A stretch of DNA of 64,000 bases from an uncultured Enterobacteriaceae bacterium (GTDB lineage: Bacteria; Pseudomonadota; Gammaproteobacteria; Burkholderiales; SG8-39), in contig CAYWSG010000004.1 in the NCBI GenBank assembly GCA_964461055.1, forward strand, positions 32,792-96,791, written 5' to 3'. The notes under the pieces were generated by a model. The model was not told the DNA's origin. It did no database searches and was given only the letters and a program-made list of their open reading frames with translations. Positions 1 to 8,286 of this stretch are shown here, piece after piece; position 1 is the first letter of the stretch; the number at the start of each line of letters is the position of its first letter. Made by a program: the position numbers and the translations under genes.

Positions 1-2
1 GC

Positions 3-650
3 GTGTACTTCATCATGATCACGCTCGCCTTCGCGCAGATGGCCTACTACCTCGTCAACTCGATGAAGGCCTACGGCGGAGACGAGGGGCTCACGCTCGC
101 GCACCGCGCCCAAATCGGGCTCGGGCTCGATACGGCAAGCGAGCCCGTCTTCTACTACGTCGTGCTGGCGTTTCTCGCGCTCGTGCTCATCCTGCTCCAC
201 CGGCTCTCCGGCGCGCGCTTCGGCCGCGTGATTGCCGCGATCCGCGACAACGAGACGCGCGCCGAAGCCATCGGCTTCCCGACGTTCCGCTACAAGCTCG
301 CCTGCTTCGTGATCGGCGGCGCGGTCGCCGGGCTTGCCGGCGCGCTGCTCGCGAGCCACGGCCGCTACGTCAATCCGGGCGTCCTGCACTGGACGCAGTC
401 GGGGACGCTCATGATCATGGTCATCCTCGGCGGCGTCGGGCGGCTGTGGGGCGGCGTCATCGGCGCCTTCGTGCTGCTCACCCTTGAGCACGTCGTCGCG
501 GACTACCCGATGCCATGGCTTTCGGCGCTCGCGCCCAACTACCAGCAGCATTCCGCGCTCGCCGTCGGCATCGTCCTTCTTGCCATCGTGCTCTTCGCCC
601 CGCAGGGCATCGCCGGGCTTCTCGCGCGCAAGGGCCATGCTCGTCCTTGA
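3..650 (+). CDS. livM: LivM-type branched-chain amino acid ABC transporter permease, C-terminal part (5' end outside window)
   Basis: ORF is open to the window edge. Hydrophobic multi-pass sequence. Directly followed by LivG/LivF-type ATPase genes. Confidence 0.8.
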   Translation: MYFIMITLAFAQMAYYLVNSMKAYGGDEGLTLAHRAQIGLGLDTASEPVFYYVVLAFLALVLILLHRLSGARFGRVIAAIRDNETRAEAIGFPTFRYKLACFVIGGAVAGLAGALLASHGRYVNPGVLHWTQSGTLMIMVILGGVGRLWGGVIGAFVLLTLEHVVADYPMPWLSALAPNYQQHSALAVGIVLLAIVLFAPQGIAGLLARKGHARP

Positions 651-1380
651 GCGCGTCCTCCGGCGCTTCGGCGGGCTCGTCGCCACCGACGAAGTCTCGC
701 TCGAAGTGCGCGCGGGCGAGGTCCACGCCCTGATCGGCCCGAACGGCGCGGGCAAGACCACACTCGTCAACCTCATCTCCGGCGGACTCGCGCCCGATGC
801 GGGCACGATCCGCTTCGACGGCCGGGACGTAACGCGCCTCACCCAGCACGCGCGCGTGCTCGCCGGGCTTGCGCGCAGCTACCAGGTGACCAGCATCTTC
901 CGCGGCTTCACGGTGCAGGAAAACCTCGCCCTGGCCGTGCAGGCGCGCAAGGGCACGAGCTTTTCCTTCTGGAGGCCGGTGGCACGCGAGCGCGCGCTTT
1001 TCGACGAGTCGGGGTCCCTGCTCGCGGACATCGGGCTCGAGCACAAGGCGCACGCCCTCGCCGCCACGCTCGCGCACGGCGAGCAGAGGGCGCTGGAGGT
1101 GGGCCTCGCGCTGGCGACGAATCCGCGGCTCCTCCTGCTCGACGAGCCGATGGCCGGCATGGGGCCCGAGGAGTCGCAGCAGGTGGTCGCGCTCATCGAG
1201 CGCGTGCGCGCCCGCGTCACCGTTCTCCTCGTCGAGCACGACATGGATGCGGTGTTCCGGCTCGCCAACCGCATCTCGGTGCTGGTCGGCGGGCGCATCA
1301 TCGCCACGGGCGCCCCGCAGGAAATCCGCGCCAACGCCGAGGTGCGGCGCGCCTACCTGGGAGACGAGCTTGCTGCTTGA
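637..1380 (+). CDS. livG: LivG-type ABC transporter ATP-binding protein
   Basis: ATG 637 inside the longer TTG-ORF 484..1380. Walker A GPNGAGKTT, Walker B LLLLDEP. Start overlaps the permease stop by 14 nt. Confidence 0.9.
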   Translation: MLVLERVLRRFGGLVATDEVSLEVRAGEVHALIGPNGAGKTTLVNLISGGLAPDAGTIRFDGRDVTRLTQHARVLAGLARSYQVTSIFRGFTVQENLALAVQARKGTSFSFWRPVARERALFDESGSLLADIGLEHKAHALAATLAHGEQRALEVGLALATNPRLLLLDEPMAGMGPEESQQVVALIERVRARVTVLLVEHDMDAVFRLANRISVLVGGRIIATGAPQEIRANAEVRRAYLGDELAA

Positions 1381-2074
1381 GGTGACGGGCCTCGAGACGG
1401 CCTACGGCCAGAGCCAGGTGCTCTTCGGCCTGGACCTGCGCGTCGGCGAAGGCGAGACCGTGACGCTGCTCGGGCGCAACGGCATGGGAAAGACCACCAC
1501 CGTGCGCTCCATCCTCGGCCTTACGCGCGCGCGGGCCGGCGCCATCGTGTTCCGCGGGCGGCGCATCGAGCGCGAGCGGCCCGACCGCATCGGCCGCCTC
1601 GGCATCGCGCTCGTCCCGGAGGGCCGGCAGATCTTCCCGAACCTCACCGTGCTCGAGAACCTCGCGGCGTTCGCCGACAACCGCTCGGGACGGACCGGCC
1701 CCTGGACGGTGGCAAAAGTTTTTTCCCTCTTCCCGGCGCTCGATTCAAGAAAGAACAACTTCGGAAACCAGCTCTCGGGCGGCGAGCAGCAGATGCTCGC
1801 CATCGGGCGGGCGCTCGTCACGAACCCGCACCTGCTCGTGCTCGACGAGGCCACCGAAGGCCTGGCGCCGCTCATCCGCGAGGAGATCTGGCGTTGCCTC
1901 GCCCGCCTGCGCGAGGAGGGCCAGAGCATCATCGTCATCGACAAGTACATCGAGCGGCTGCTGCCCCTCGGCGACCGGCACACCATCATCGAGCGGGGCC
2001 GGGTCGCGTGGCGGGGGACTTCCGCCGAGCTCGCCGCCGACCGGACGCTCTGGCAGCGTTACCTCGGCGTTTGA
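1370..2074 (+). CDS. livF: LivF-type ABC transporter ATP-binding protein
   Basis: Conserved N-terminus LLLEVTGLETAYG begins at TTG 1370 (in frame with ORF 1247..2074) and overlaps the livG stop. Walker A GRNGMGKTT, signature LSGGEQQ, Walker B LLVLDEA. Confidence 0.85.
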   Translation: MLLEVTGLETAYGQSQVLFGLDLRVGEGETVTLLGRNGMGKTTTVRSILGLTRARAGAIVFRGRRIERERPDRIGRLGIALVPEGRQIFPNLTVLENLAAFADNRSGRTGPWTVAKVFSLFPALDSRKNNFGNQLSGGEQQMLAIGRALVTNPHLLVLDEATEGLAPLIREEIWRCLARLREEGQSIIVIDKYIERLLPLGDRHTIIERGRVAWRGTSAELAADRTLWQRYLGV

Positions 2075-2164
2075 GACCGCCGGGTACCGGGCAGGCCGCC
2101 GGCTTATGTGCGCTTGCACGGGATGCGTGGTGCGCTGCACCAAGGAAATGCCTGCCGCAAACTG

Positions 2165-2176
2165 TTGCAAATGCAA
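2165..2176. promoter_or_regulatory. AT-rich dyad TTGCAaaTGCAA upstream of the MarR/Rieske operon; candidate operator
   Basis: 5-bp inverted arms read directly, 26 nt upstream of ATG 2202, in an otherwise GC-rich spacer. Confidence 0.3.
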
Positions 2177-2201
2177 TTAACTCGGCGTACGGTCGCCCGG
2201 G

Positions 2202-2678
2202 ATGAGGCCCGCGTCCGCACCGACCTTCGAGCTCGAGCGCCACGTCTTCTTCTGGCTCACGCAGGCGATCGAAAGCCGCGACCGCAGGCTCGCGCAGGAG
2301 CTGCGCGAGGCGGGGCTGCGCGTGCCCGAATGGCGCGCGCTCGCGGCGCTCTACGCGCGCGGGGGCTGCTCCATGAGCGAGCTCGCCGACCTCGCCTCCA
2401 TCGACCGCACGACGCTCACCCGCACCGTCGACCGCATGGAGAAGGCCGGCTGGGCGACGCGCCTCTCCGACGCCGAAGACCTGCGCGTCACCCGCCTTGC
2501 GCTCACCGCCGCGGGCGAGCGCCTCTTCGCGCGCATCTGGCCGACGGTGGAGCGCCTCAACCGCGCCGCGGTGGAGGGCCTGCCGGCGGGCGCGGTGGAG
2601 ATGCTGTGCTGGACCCTCGAGCGCATGAAGACCAACCTGGACGCCTACGTTTCCGAAGGAGAAACCCATGCTGCGTGA
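2202..2678 (+). CDS. MarR family transcriptional regulator
   Basis: 158 aa. Winged-helix core ...MSELADLASIDRTTLTRTVDRMEKAGW..RL.D..D.R...L.LT..G. Its 3' end overlaps the Rieske alpha start by 11 nt. Confidence 0.85.
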   Translation: MRPASAPTFELERHVFFWLTQAIESRDRRLAQELREAGLRVPEWRALAALYARGGCSMSELADLASIDRTTLTRTVDRMEKAGWATRLSDAEDLRVTRLALTAAGERLFARIWPTVERLNRAAVEGLPAGAVEMLCWTLERMKTNLDAYVSEGETHAA

Positions 2679-3993
2679 AGCCATTCCGGACCTCGGCAAG
2701 ATGGTGGAGCCGGACCGCGTGCGGCGCGAGCTCTACACCGACCCGCAGATCTTCGAGCTCGAGATGCAGCGCATCCACGAGACGGTCTGGATCTACTGCG
2801 GCCATCTTTCGCAGATCCCCAAGGCCGGCGACTACTACACCCTGCAGATCGGCCGCCAGCCCATGGTCATGGTGCGCAAGGCCGATGGCGGCGTGAGCGT
2901 GCTCTACAACCGCTGCCCGCATCGAGGCGCCATGATGTGCGGCGACCTGAAGGGCAACACGGGCGAGTTCTTCCGCTGCTCGTACCACGCGTGGACGTTC
3001 CACCACGACGGCAAGCTGAAGAACATCCCGATGATGGAGTCGGGCTACCAGGGCACGCGGCTCACACGCGACAACCCCGACTGCAGCATGAAGCCGGCCG
3101 CCCGCGTCGACGTCTATCGCGGCTTCGTCTTCGCGAGCCTCGCCAAGGACGGGCCGTCGCTCAAGGAGTTCCTCGGCCCGAGCATCGTCGCGTTCGACGA
3201 CATGTGCGACCGCGCGCCCGAAGGCGAAGTGGAGATCGTGCCGAACTGCTTCCGCGTCATCCAGCACTCCAACTGGAAGCTCTTCATGGAGAACCAGATC
3301 GACGCGCTGCATCCGTCGGTCACGCACCAGTCCACCGGCCGCGCGGCGCACGAGGTGGAGAAGGAGATCGCGAAGAACACGAAGAGCGGCGAGGCGCCGC
3401 TCTCGTACCACATGCTGTCGGCCTTCGCGACGGTGACGATCGACAAGTGGGACAGCTTCCAGACGATCAACTACCCGTACGGCCACTGCATCCTCACCGG
3501 CTACATGGGCTTGCGGCCGCAGGACCCGGACACGCTCGCCTACGACAAGATCATGATCGAGAAGTACGGCAAGAAGCGGTTCGAGGAGATCGTGGGGGTG
3601 AACATCCACCACGTCCTCGTCTATCCGGGCCTCTCGGTGCAGTCGCCGCTGCAGCAGCTGCGCGCGGTGCGGCCGCTCTCGGTGGACCGCACGCTCACGG
3701 AGATCTGGCACTTCCGCCTGAAGGGCGCGCCCGAGGCGATCTACCGCCGCTCGCTCGCCTACTACAACCTGGTGAATTCGCCGGCGACGCTCATCAACGC
3801 CGACGACCTGGAGAATTTCTGGAAGTGCCACCAGGGGCTCGCGTCCGACGGCGGCGACTGGGTGAGCTTCGCCCGCCATTTCGGGCGGGACATCGAAAAG
3901 AACGGGGTCGTGGAGAGCGGACCGAACATGGGTACGTCGGAAGCGCCGATGCGCAACCAGATGAAAGCCTGGGTCCAGTACATGAAGGGATGA
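2668..3993 (+). CDS. Rieske-type aromatic ring-hydroxylating oxygenase, alpha subunit
   Basis: Rieske [2Fe-2S] motif CPHRG...CSYHAW. Mononuclear iron motif DALHPSVTH. SD GGAG upstream of ATG 2668. Confidence 0.9.
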   Translation: MLREAIPDLGKMVEPDRVRRELYTDPQIFELEMQRIHETVWIYCGHLSQIPKAGDYYTLQIGRQPMVMVRKADGGVSVLYNRCPHRGAMMCGDLKGNTGEFFRCSYHAWTFHHDGKLKNIPMMESGYQGTRLTRDNPDCSMKPAARVDVYRGFVFASLAKDGPSLKEFLGPSIVAFDDMCDRAPEGEVEIVPNCFRVIQHSNWKLFMENQIDALHPSVTHQSTGRAAHEVEKEIAKNTKSGEAPLSYHMLSAFATVTIDKWDSFQTINYPYGHCILTGYMGLRPQDPDTLAYDKIMIEKYGKKRFEEIVGVNIHHVLVYPGLSVQSPLQQLRAVRPLSVDRTLTEIWHFRLKGAPEAIYRRSLAYYNLVNSPATLINADDLENFWKCHQGLASDGGDWVSFARHFGRDIEKNGVVESGPNMGTSEAPMRNQMKAWVQYMKG

Positions 3994-4481
3994 CGATGGC
4001 GAAACTCGAAACGCAGCACGCGGTCGAGCAGTTCCTCTACCGCCAGGCGGAGTTGCTGGACGGCAGGCAGTGGCAGGCCTGGATCGACCTTTTCACCGAC
4101 GACGGCATCTACTGGATGCCGCCCGAGCCCTCCCATACCACCTGGGAAGGCATGCCGGCGATCTTCGCCGAGGACAAGAACCTCATGAAAGTGCGCATGG
4201 GCCGCGTGCTGCACCCCGACGCCTGGTCTCAGCGGCCGCTCTGGGGCACGAACCACGTGGTTTCCAACGTCCAGGTCGTTTCCGAAGACTCGAAAGGCAA
4301 CATCGAGGCTCGCTCGCGCTTCCACATGATGGAGCTGCGGCGCGACGACGTGCGCCATTTCGCCGGCTCGTATCTCCACAAGCTCAAGAAGACCGGCGAC
4401 GGCTACCGCATCCAGCTGCAGCGCGTCGACATGACCAACGCCCAGGCGGCCTACGACTACGTGCTGCAGGTCTGGGTGTGA
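3990..4481 (+). CDS. Ring-hydroxylating oxygenase beta subunit (SnoaL/NTF2-like fold)
   Basis: MTMAKLETQHAVEQFLYRQAELLD..W..W..LF..D..YW is a typical beta-subunit N-terminus. ATGA overlap with the alpha stop; ATG 3996 is an alternative start. Confidence 0.85.
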   Translation: MTMAKLETQHAVEQFLYRQAELLDGRQWQAWIDLFTDDGIYWMPPEPSHTTWEGMPAIFAEDKNLMKVRMGRVLHPDAWSQRPLWGTNHVVSNVQVVSEDSKGNIEARSRFHMMELRRDDVRHFAGSYLHKLKKTGDGYRIQLQRVDMTNAQAAYDYVLQVWV

Positions 4482-4508
4482 AGTAGGGAATTCCTGAAGG
4501 CGCCATCA

Positions 4509-4590
4509 GTCGTCGTTCCCCGCGTAGGCGGGAACGCGGCTTTCCTGGTTGAAAAGCAACATGGGCCCCCGCCTTCGCGGGGGCGACGAG
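4509..4590. repeat. Inverted pair of REP-like GC-rich hairpin units between convergent operon ends
   Basis: Unit 1 is gtcgtcgttccccgcgtaggcgggaacg (4509..4536). Unit 2 is gggcccccgccttcgcgggggcgacgag (4563..4590). The reverse complement of unit 2 resembles unit 1, and each folds into an 8-bp stem with a tetraloop. Confidence 0.5.
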
Positions 4591-4637
4591 CATGTGGTCT
4601 TTTTAGGCCGAGGCGCAGCCCTCGAGGTCTTCCCAAG

Positions 4638-6119
4638 TCAAGACGCAACCCTCGCGGCGCTTGCTCCGGCGATCTTTCCGAACACGGCGCCGTTGGTGAG
4701 CCCGGTGCCGCCGGGGTAGTTGAAGTAGAAGATGCCGCCCACCAGCTCGCCGGCCGCGAAGAGCCCGGGAATGGGCTCGCCGTCGGTGGAGATGACCTGC
4801 GCGTCGGTGTTCACGCGCAGGCCGCCGAAGGTGAAGGTGATCCCGCAGGTGACGGCGTAGGCCTCGAAGGGCGCCGTGTCGAGCGTGTTGGCCCAGTTGG
4901 ATTTGTTGATTTTGAGACCTTCGGTACGTCTTCCGTCCTTCACGTTCGGATTGAAGGGGATATCGGTCCGAACTGCCGCGTTGTAGGCCTTCAGCTCCTC
5001 GAGCGCCGCCTTGCCGTCGGTGTCCTCGAGCTTCGCGCAGAGCTCCTCGAGCGTATTGGCGGTCACCTTGGTGACCTGGCGGATCTTGTACTCGTCGCGA
5101 AGCTGCGCCTTCACCTTGGCGTCGAAGATCTGCCAGGCGAACTGGCCCGGCTGGCCGAGGATCACGCGGCCATACTTGGCGTAGGTGTAGTTGCGGAAGT
5201 CGGCCCCCTCGTCCACGAAGCGCTTGCCGTGCGCGTTGATGTAGACGCCCCAGGGGTAGGAATGCTTCTGGAACTGGTCGCCGACCGCGAGATCGCCGAA
5301 CTCCGGGGCGTTGCGCTCCCAGGCCACCGCGTGGCAGCCGGACCAGTTGCCCACCGGGGCGGCGCCGATGTCGAGCGCCATGCGAATGACCTCGCCCGTG
5401 TTGAAGCGCGTGCCGCGCACCTTGGCGAGCTCCCAGCCGGGGCCGAGGTAGCGGGCCCGCATCTCCGGATTGGCCTGGAAGCCACCAGCGGCCAGGACGA
5501 CGGTTTTGCTTTTGATGTCCTTCGTCTTGCCCTGATGGCGAACGCGAACACCGTGAACCCCGTTGTCGTCGGCGAGCAACGAAACGGCGCGGGCGCCGTA
5601 CCAGATCTCGATGCCGTTCTTGCGCGCGATGGCCGTCAGGTTCTCGACGAGGCCCGGGCCGCCGCCCACGGCCTCCACCGTGAGGCCGCCCCAGAACTTG
5701 AAGCGCCCGCCGACTTTGAACGCCTGCCGGCCCCAGGCCGCGGTGAAGCGCAGGCCCTTCTCGCGCATCCACACCACGGTCTTCAGGCTTTCCTTTACCA
5801 GGATTTCCGTCAGATCGGGGTCGCAGCGGTATTCGGTAACGCGCGCCATGTCGTCGAGGAACTGGTCCTGCGTATAGGTACCGAAGTCGGTGCGCTCGAT
5901 CTCTTCCCGCGTGAGGTCGGGGATCACCTTCTTCAGGTCCTCGACGCCGTCGTAGGCGACGCGGAAAAGCCCTGCGGTGAAGCGCGAGTTGCCGCCCGAC
6001 TCGTCCTCGGGCGCGCGCTCGAGGACCAGGATCCTCTTCACCGCTTCCGAGGCGGAAAGCGCTGCACACAGCGCCGCATTGCCGGCGCCCACCACGATCA
6101 CGTCATACGCTTGCGTCAC
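4638..6119 (-). CDS. TcuA-like FAD-binding dehydrogenase (fumarate reductase/succinate dehydrogenase flavoprotein superfamily)
   Basis: GTG 6119 with SD GGAGAAAGGGAG upstream. N-terminus (M)TQAYDVIVVGAGNAALCAAL...GGNSRFT and C-terminal GLFAAGE motif. GTGA overlap with the upstream gene. Confidence 0.85.
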   Translation of the reverse strand: MTQAYDVIVVGAGNAALCAALSASEAVKRILVLERAPEDESGGNSRFTAGLFRVAYDGVEDLKKVIPDLTREEIERTDFGTYTQDQFLDDMARVTEYRCDPDLTEILVKESLKTVVWMREKGLRFTAAWGRQAFKVGGRFKFWGGLTVEAVGGGPGLVENLTAIARKNGIEIWYGARAVSLLADDNGVHGVRVRHQGKTKDIKSKTVVLAAGGFQANPEMRARYLGPGWELAKVRGTRFNTGEVIRMALDIGAAPVGNWSGCHAVAWERNAPEFGDLAVGDQFQKHSYPWGVYINAHGKRFVDEGADFRNYTYAKYGRVILGQPGQFAWQIFDAKVKAQLRDEYKIRQVTKVTANTLEELCAKLEDTDGKAALEELKAYNAAVRTDIPFNPNVKDGRRTEGLKINKSNWANTLDTAPFEAYAVTCGITFTFGGLRVNTDAQVISTDGEPIPGLFAAGELVGGIFYFNYPGGTGLTNGAVFGKIAGASAARVAS

Positions 6120-7576
6120 TTGGATTGGCTCCCTTTCTCCTGCGCGGCGAGGCGGCCGGCGCGCCGCCCCGACACGAACGCCCAGGCGAGATGATGGCCA
6201 TGGCCCTTGAGCAGCAGCCCGCCCTGCCCGGTCGCGCCAGCGGCATAGAGCCCCGGGATCGGCCGATCTCCTTCGCCGAGCACGCGATGCTGCGCGTCCA
6301 CCGCGAGGCCGCCCTCGGCATGCACGAAAACCGCGCGCACGGGCCCGAGCGCGATGAGCGGTCCCCGCGCGAGGCGCGCCCGGGGCGCGGAAGCGAGGCT
6401 CTCCTCCAGCGCGCGCGGCTGCATGCCGAGCTTCTGCGCGAGCGCCTCGAGGCTCGAGGCCTCGGTGTAGACGTCGGGCCGATTGCGCTTGTAGTCCGGC
6501 ATATAAGCGTACGCCACGCCCGGCGCCGTGGAGACGAAATGCGGCCAGGCGGAGAACTGCGCCGCCAGCATGGCATCGAGGACAATGTACGCGCACTTGC
6601 CGGGCTGGTCGGGCACGCGCCAGGCGGCATGGTCGAGCTCGTCGCCGAAGCGCTCGCCGTGCCGGTTCACGAGGATCGCGCCCGCCTTGAAGAGCTCGAG
6701 CGAGGGCGCGAGCGCCGTGGCGAGGAACTGCATGAGGAAGGGCCGCAGGATGGCCGAGGGGACGTGGTCCATCGACCATTGCATGAGCGCGGCAAGCGAG
6801 CGCCACGGCGGCAGGCGCCGAACGAGCCTCTCGCGCGCCGGCGCGAGGAAGCGAAGCTCCGGCCCCAGCGCCAGATCGCCGTTCACGATGCGTGCGCCGA
6901 GCGCCTCGGCCATGCGCTGGCCATCCCCGGTGGCGGTGGGATTGACCCCTTCGACCTTCGCTTCCTGCGGCCCCATGAAGCGCAGCTTCAGCTCCGGGCT
7001 GCTCGTGAAGTCGCCGGCGGCGAGGACAACGGCGCGACGAGCGCCGTAGGTGTCGCCCGCCTCCGTCGATACGCCCACGACACGTCCCGACGCGCTCTCC
7101 AGCCGGGAAGCTTTCACCCCTGTTCGGATTTCCACTCCTGCGCGCCGGGCGCGGCGCTCGAGGTGATAGACGTAGGCACGGGAGTTCGGCAGGACGTTAT
7201 GCATGCGCGGCTGCCGGTGCGGCGGCTCGGGCATGGGCCCCATGAAGCGCACCCCCGAGTCGATGAGCCACTGGAAAGCGGCCGGCGCCTCGTCGCAGAG
7301 CACCCGGCGAAGCTCGTCGTTGTCGCGCTCGGCGAGGGCGCCGGCGAAGGCCGGCATGTCCTCCCAGTGGGCCTGCGGATCGTCCTCGATGCCGCGGGCG
7401 CGCTGGTGCGGCGTTCGCGTCGCGCTGATGGAGCCGATGGACCAGGCGGTGGACCCGCCGAGCCTGTCGTTCTTCTCGAGCAGGAGGACGCTCGCGCCTG
7501 CGGCGCGCGCCTCGATGGCGGCGGCGAGGCCGGCGCCGCCGCCGCCCACGACGACAATGTCGGACGCCTCCGTCAG
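6116..7576 (-). CDS. FAD-dependent oxidoreductase (FrdA/KstD-like flavoprotein)
   Basis: Dinucleotide fold DIVVVGGGGAGLAAAIEA...LLEK...GGST and C-terminal GLYAAGA. Start is ambiguous: CTG 7576 (CTGA overlap with the SDR stop) or GTG 7618. Confidence 0.8.
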   Translation of the reverse strand: MTEASDIVVVGGGGAGLAAAIEARAAGASVLLLEKNDRLGGSTAWSIGSISATRTPHQRARGIEDDPQAHWEDMPAFAGALAERDNDELRRVLCDEAPAAFQWLIDSGVRFMGPMPEPPHRQPRMHNVLPNSRAYVYHLERRARRAGVEIRTGVKASRLESASGRVVGVSTEAGDTYGARRAVVLAAGDFTSSPELKLRFMGPQEAKVEGVNPTATGDGQRMAEALGARIVNGDLALGPELRFLAPARERLVRRLPPWRSLAALMQWSMDHVPSAILRPFLMQFLATALAPSLELFKAGAILVNRHGERFGDELDHAAWRVPDQPGKCAYIVLDAMLAAQFSAWPHFVSTAPGVAYAYMPDYKRNRPDVYTEASSLEALAQKLGMQPRALEESLASAPRARLARGPLIALGPVRAVFVHAEGGLAVDAQHRVLGEGDRPIPGLYAAGATGQGGLLLKGHGHHLAWAFVSGRRAGRLAAQEKGSQSK

Positions 7577-8286
7577 ATCAGTCCGCCGTTCGGCTGCACG
7601 ACCTGGCCGTGAATCCACGAGGCCCTGTCCGAAGCGAGGAACGCCACGACGGCGCCGACCTCTTCCGGGCGGCCGATGCGGTTGAACGGGCTCATGGCGG
7701 CGGAGCGGGCAATCGCCTCCTCGTTCTTGCCGGCGCGGAAAAGGTCCGTGTCGACGGGGCCGGGGGCGACCGCATTCACGCGCACCTTGCGCGGCGCGAG
7801 CTCCTTCGCCAGGGAGCGGACCATGCATTCCACGGCCGCCTTGCTGCCGCTGTAGGGTCCGAGTCCCGGCGCGGCGTGGCGCACGAGCGAAGTGGAGAGG
7901 GCGATGATGCTGCCGCCGTCGGCGACGCGCCGCGCGGCCTCCGCGAGCACGTTGAACGCGCCGACGATGTTCACCTCGACGAGCTTGCGGAAGCTGCCGG
8001 CATCGAACTGCGCCATCGGCCCGGGAGGCACGTTGATCCCCGCGTTCATCACGACGCAGCTCGTCTGCACGCCGAAATCGCGCTCGGCGTGGTCGAAGAC
8101 CGCCTGCACTTCCTTCGGGTCGCCGATGTCGGCGCGGTAGGCGCGGACCAGGTCCCGGCCGCGCGAGGGGGAGGTGCTCACGTACGTGAAGCCGACTTCG
8201 AAGCCGTCAGCGGCAAGCGCCTCCACGCAAGCGGCGCCGATGCCGCGCGAGCCGCCGAAGACCAGTGCCAGTCTTGCGTCCGCCAT
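7573..8286 (-). CDS. Short-chain dehydrogenase/reductase (SDR)
   Basis: ATG 8286. FGGSRGIG cofactor motif, NAG, YSGSK catalytic motif. TGATG junction with the upstream gene. Confidence 0.9.
   Translation of the reverse strand: MADARLALVFGGSRGIGAACVEALAADGFEVGFTYVSTSPSRGRDLVRAYRADIGDPKEVQAVFDHAERDFGVQTSCVVMNAGINVPPGPMAQFDAGSFRKLVEVNIVGAFNVLAEAARRVADGGSIIALSTSLVRHAAPGLGPYSGSKAAVECMVRSLAKELAPRKVRVNAVAPGPVDTDLFRAGKNEEAIARSAAMSPFNRIGRPEEVGAVVAFLASDRASWIHGQVVQPNGGLI

Noticed and set aside
4384-4648. Small ORFs (69 and 63 aa) in the spacer after the Rieske beta gene.
   Set aside because: They are translations of the REP-like hairpins (PAKAGAH / RLRGERR-type peptides) and not genes.
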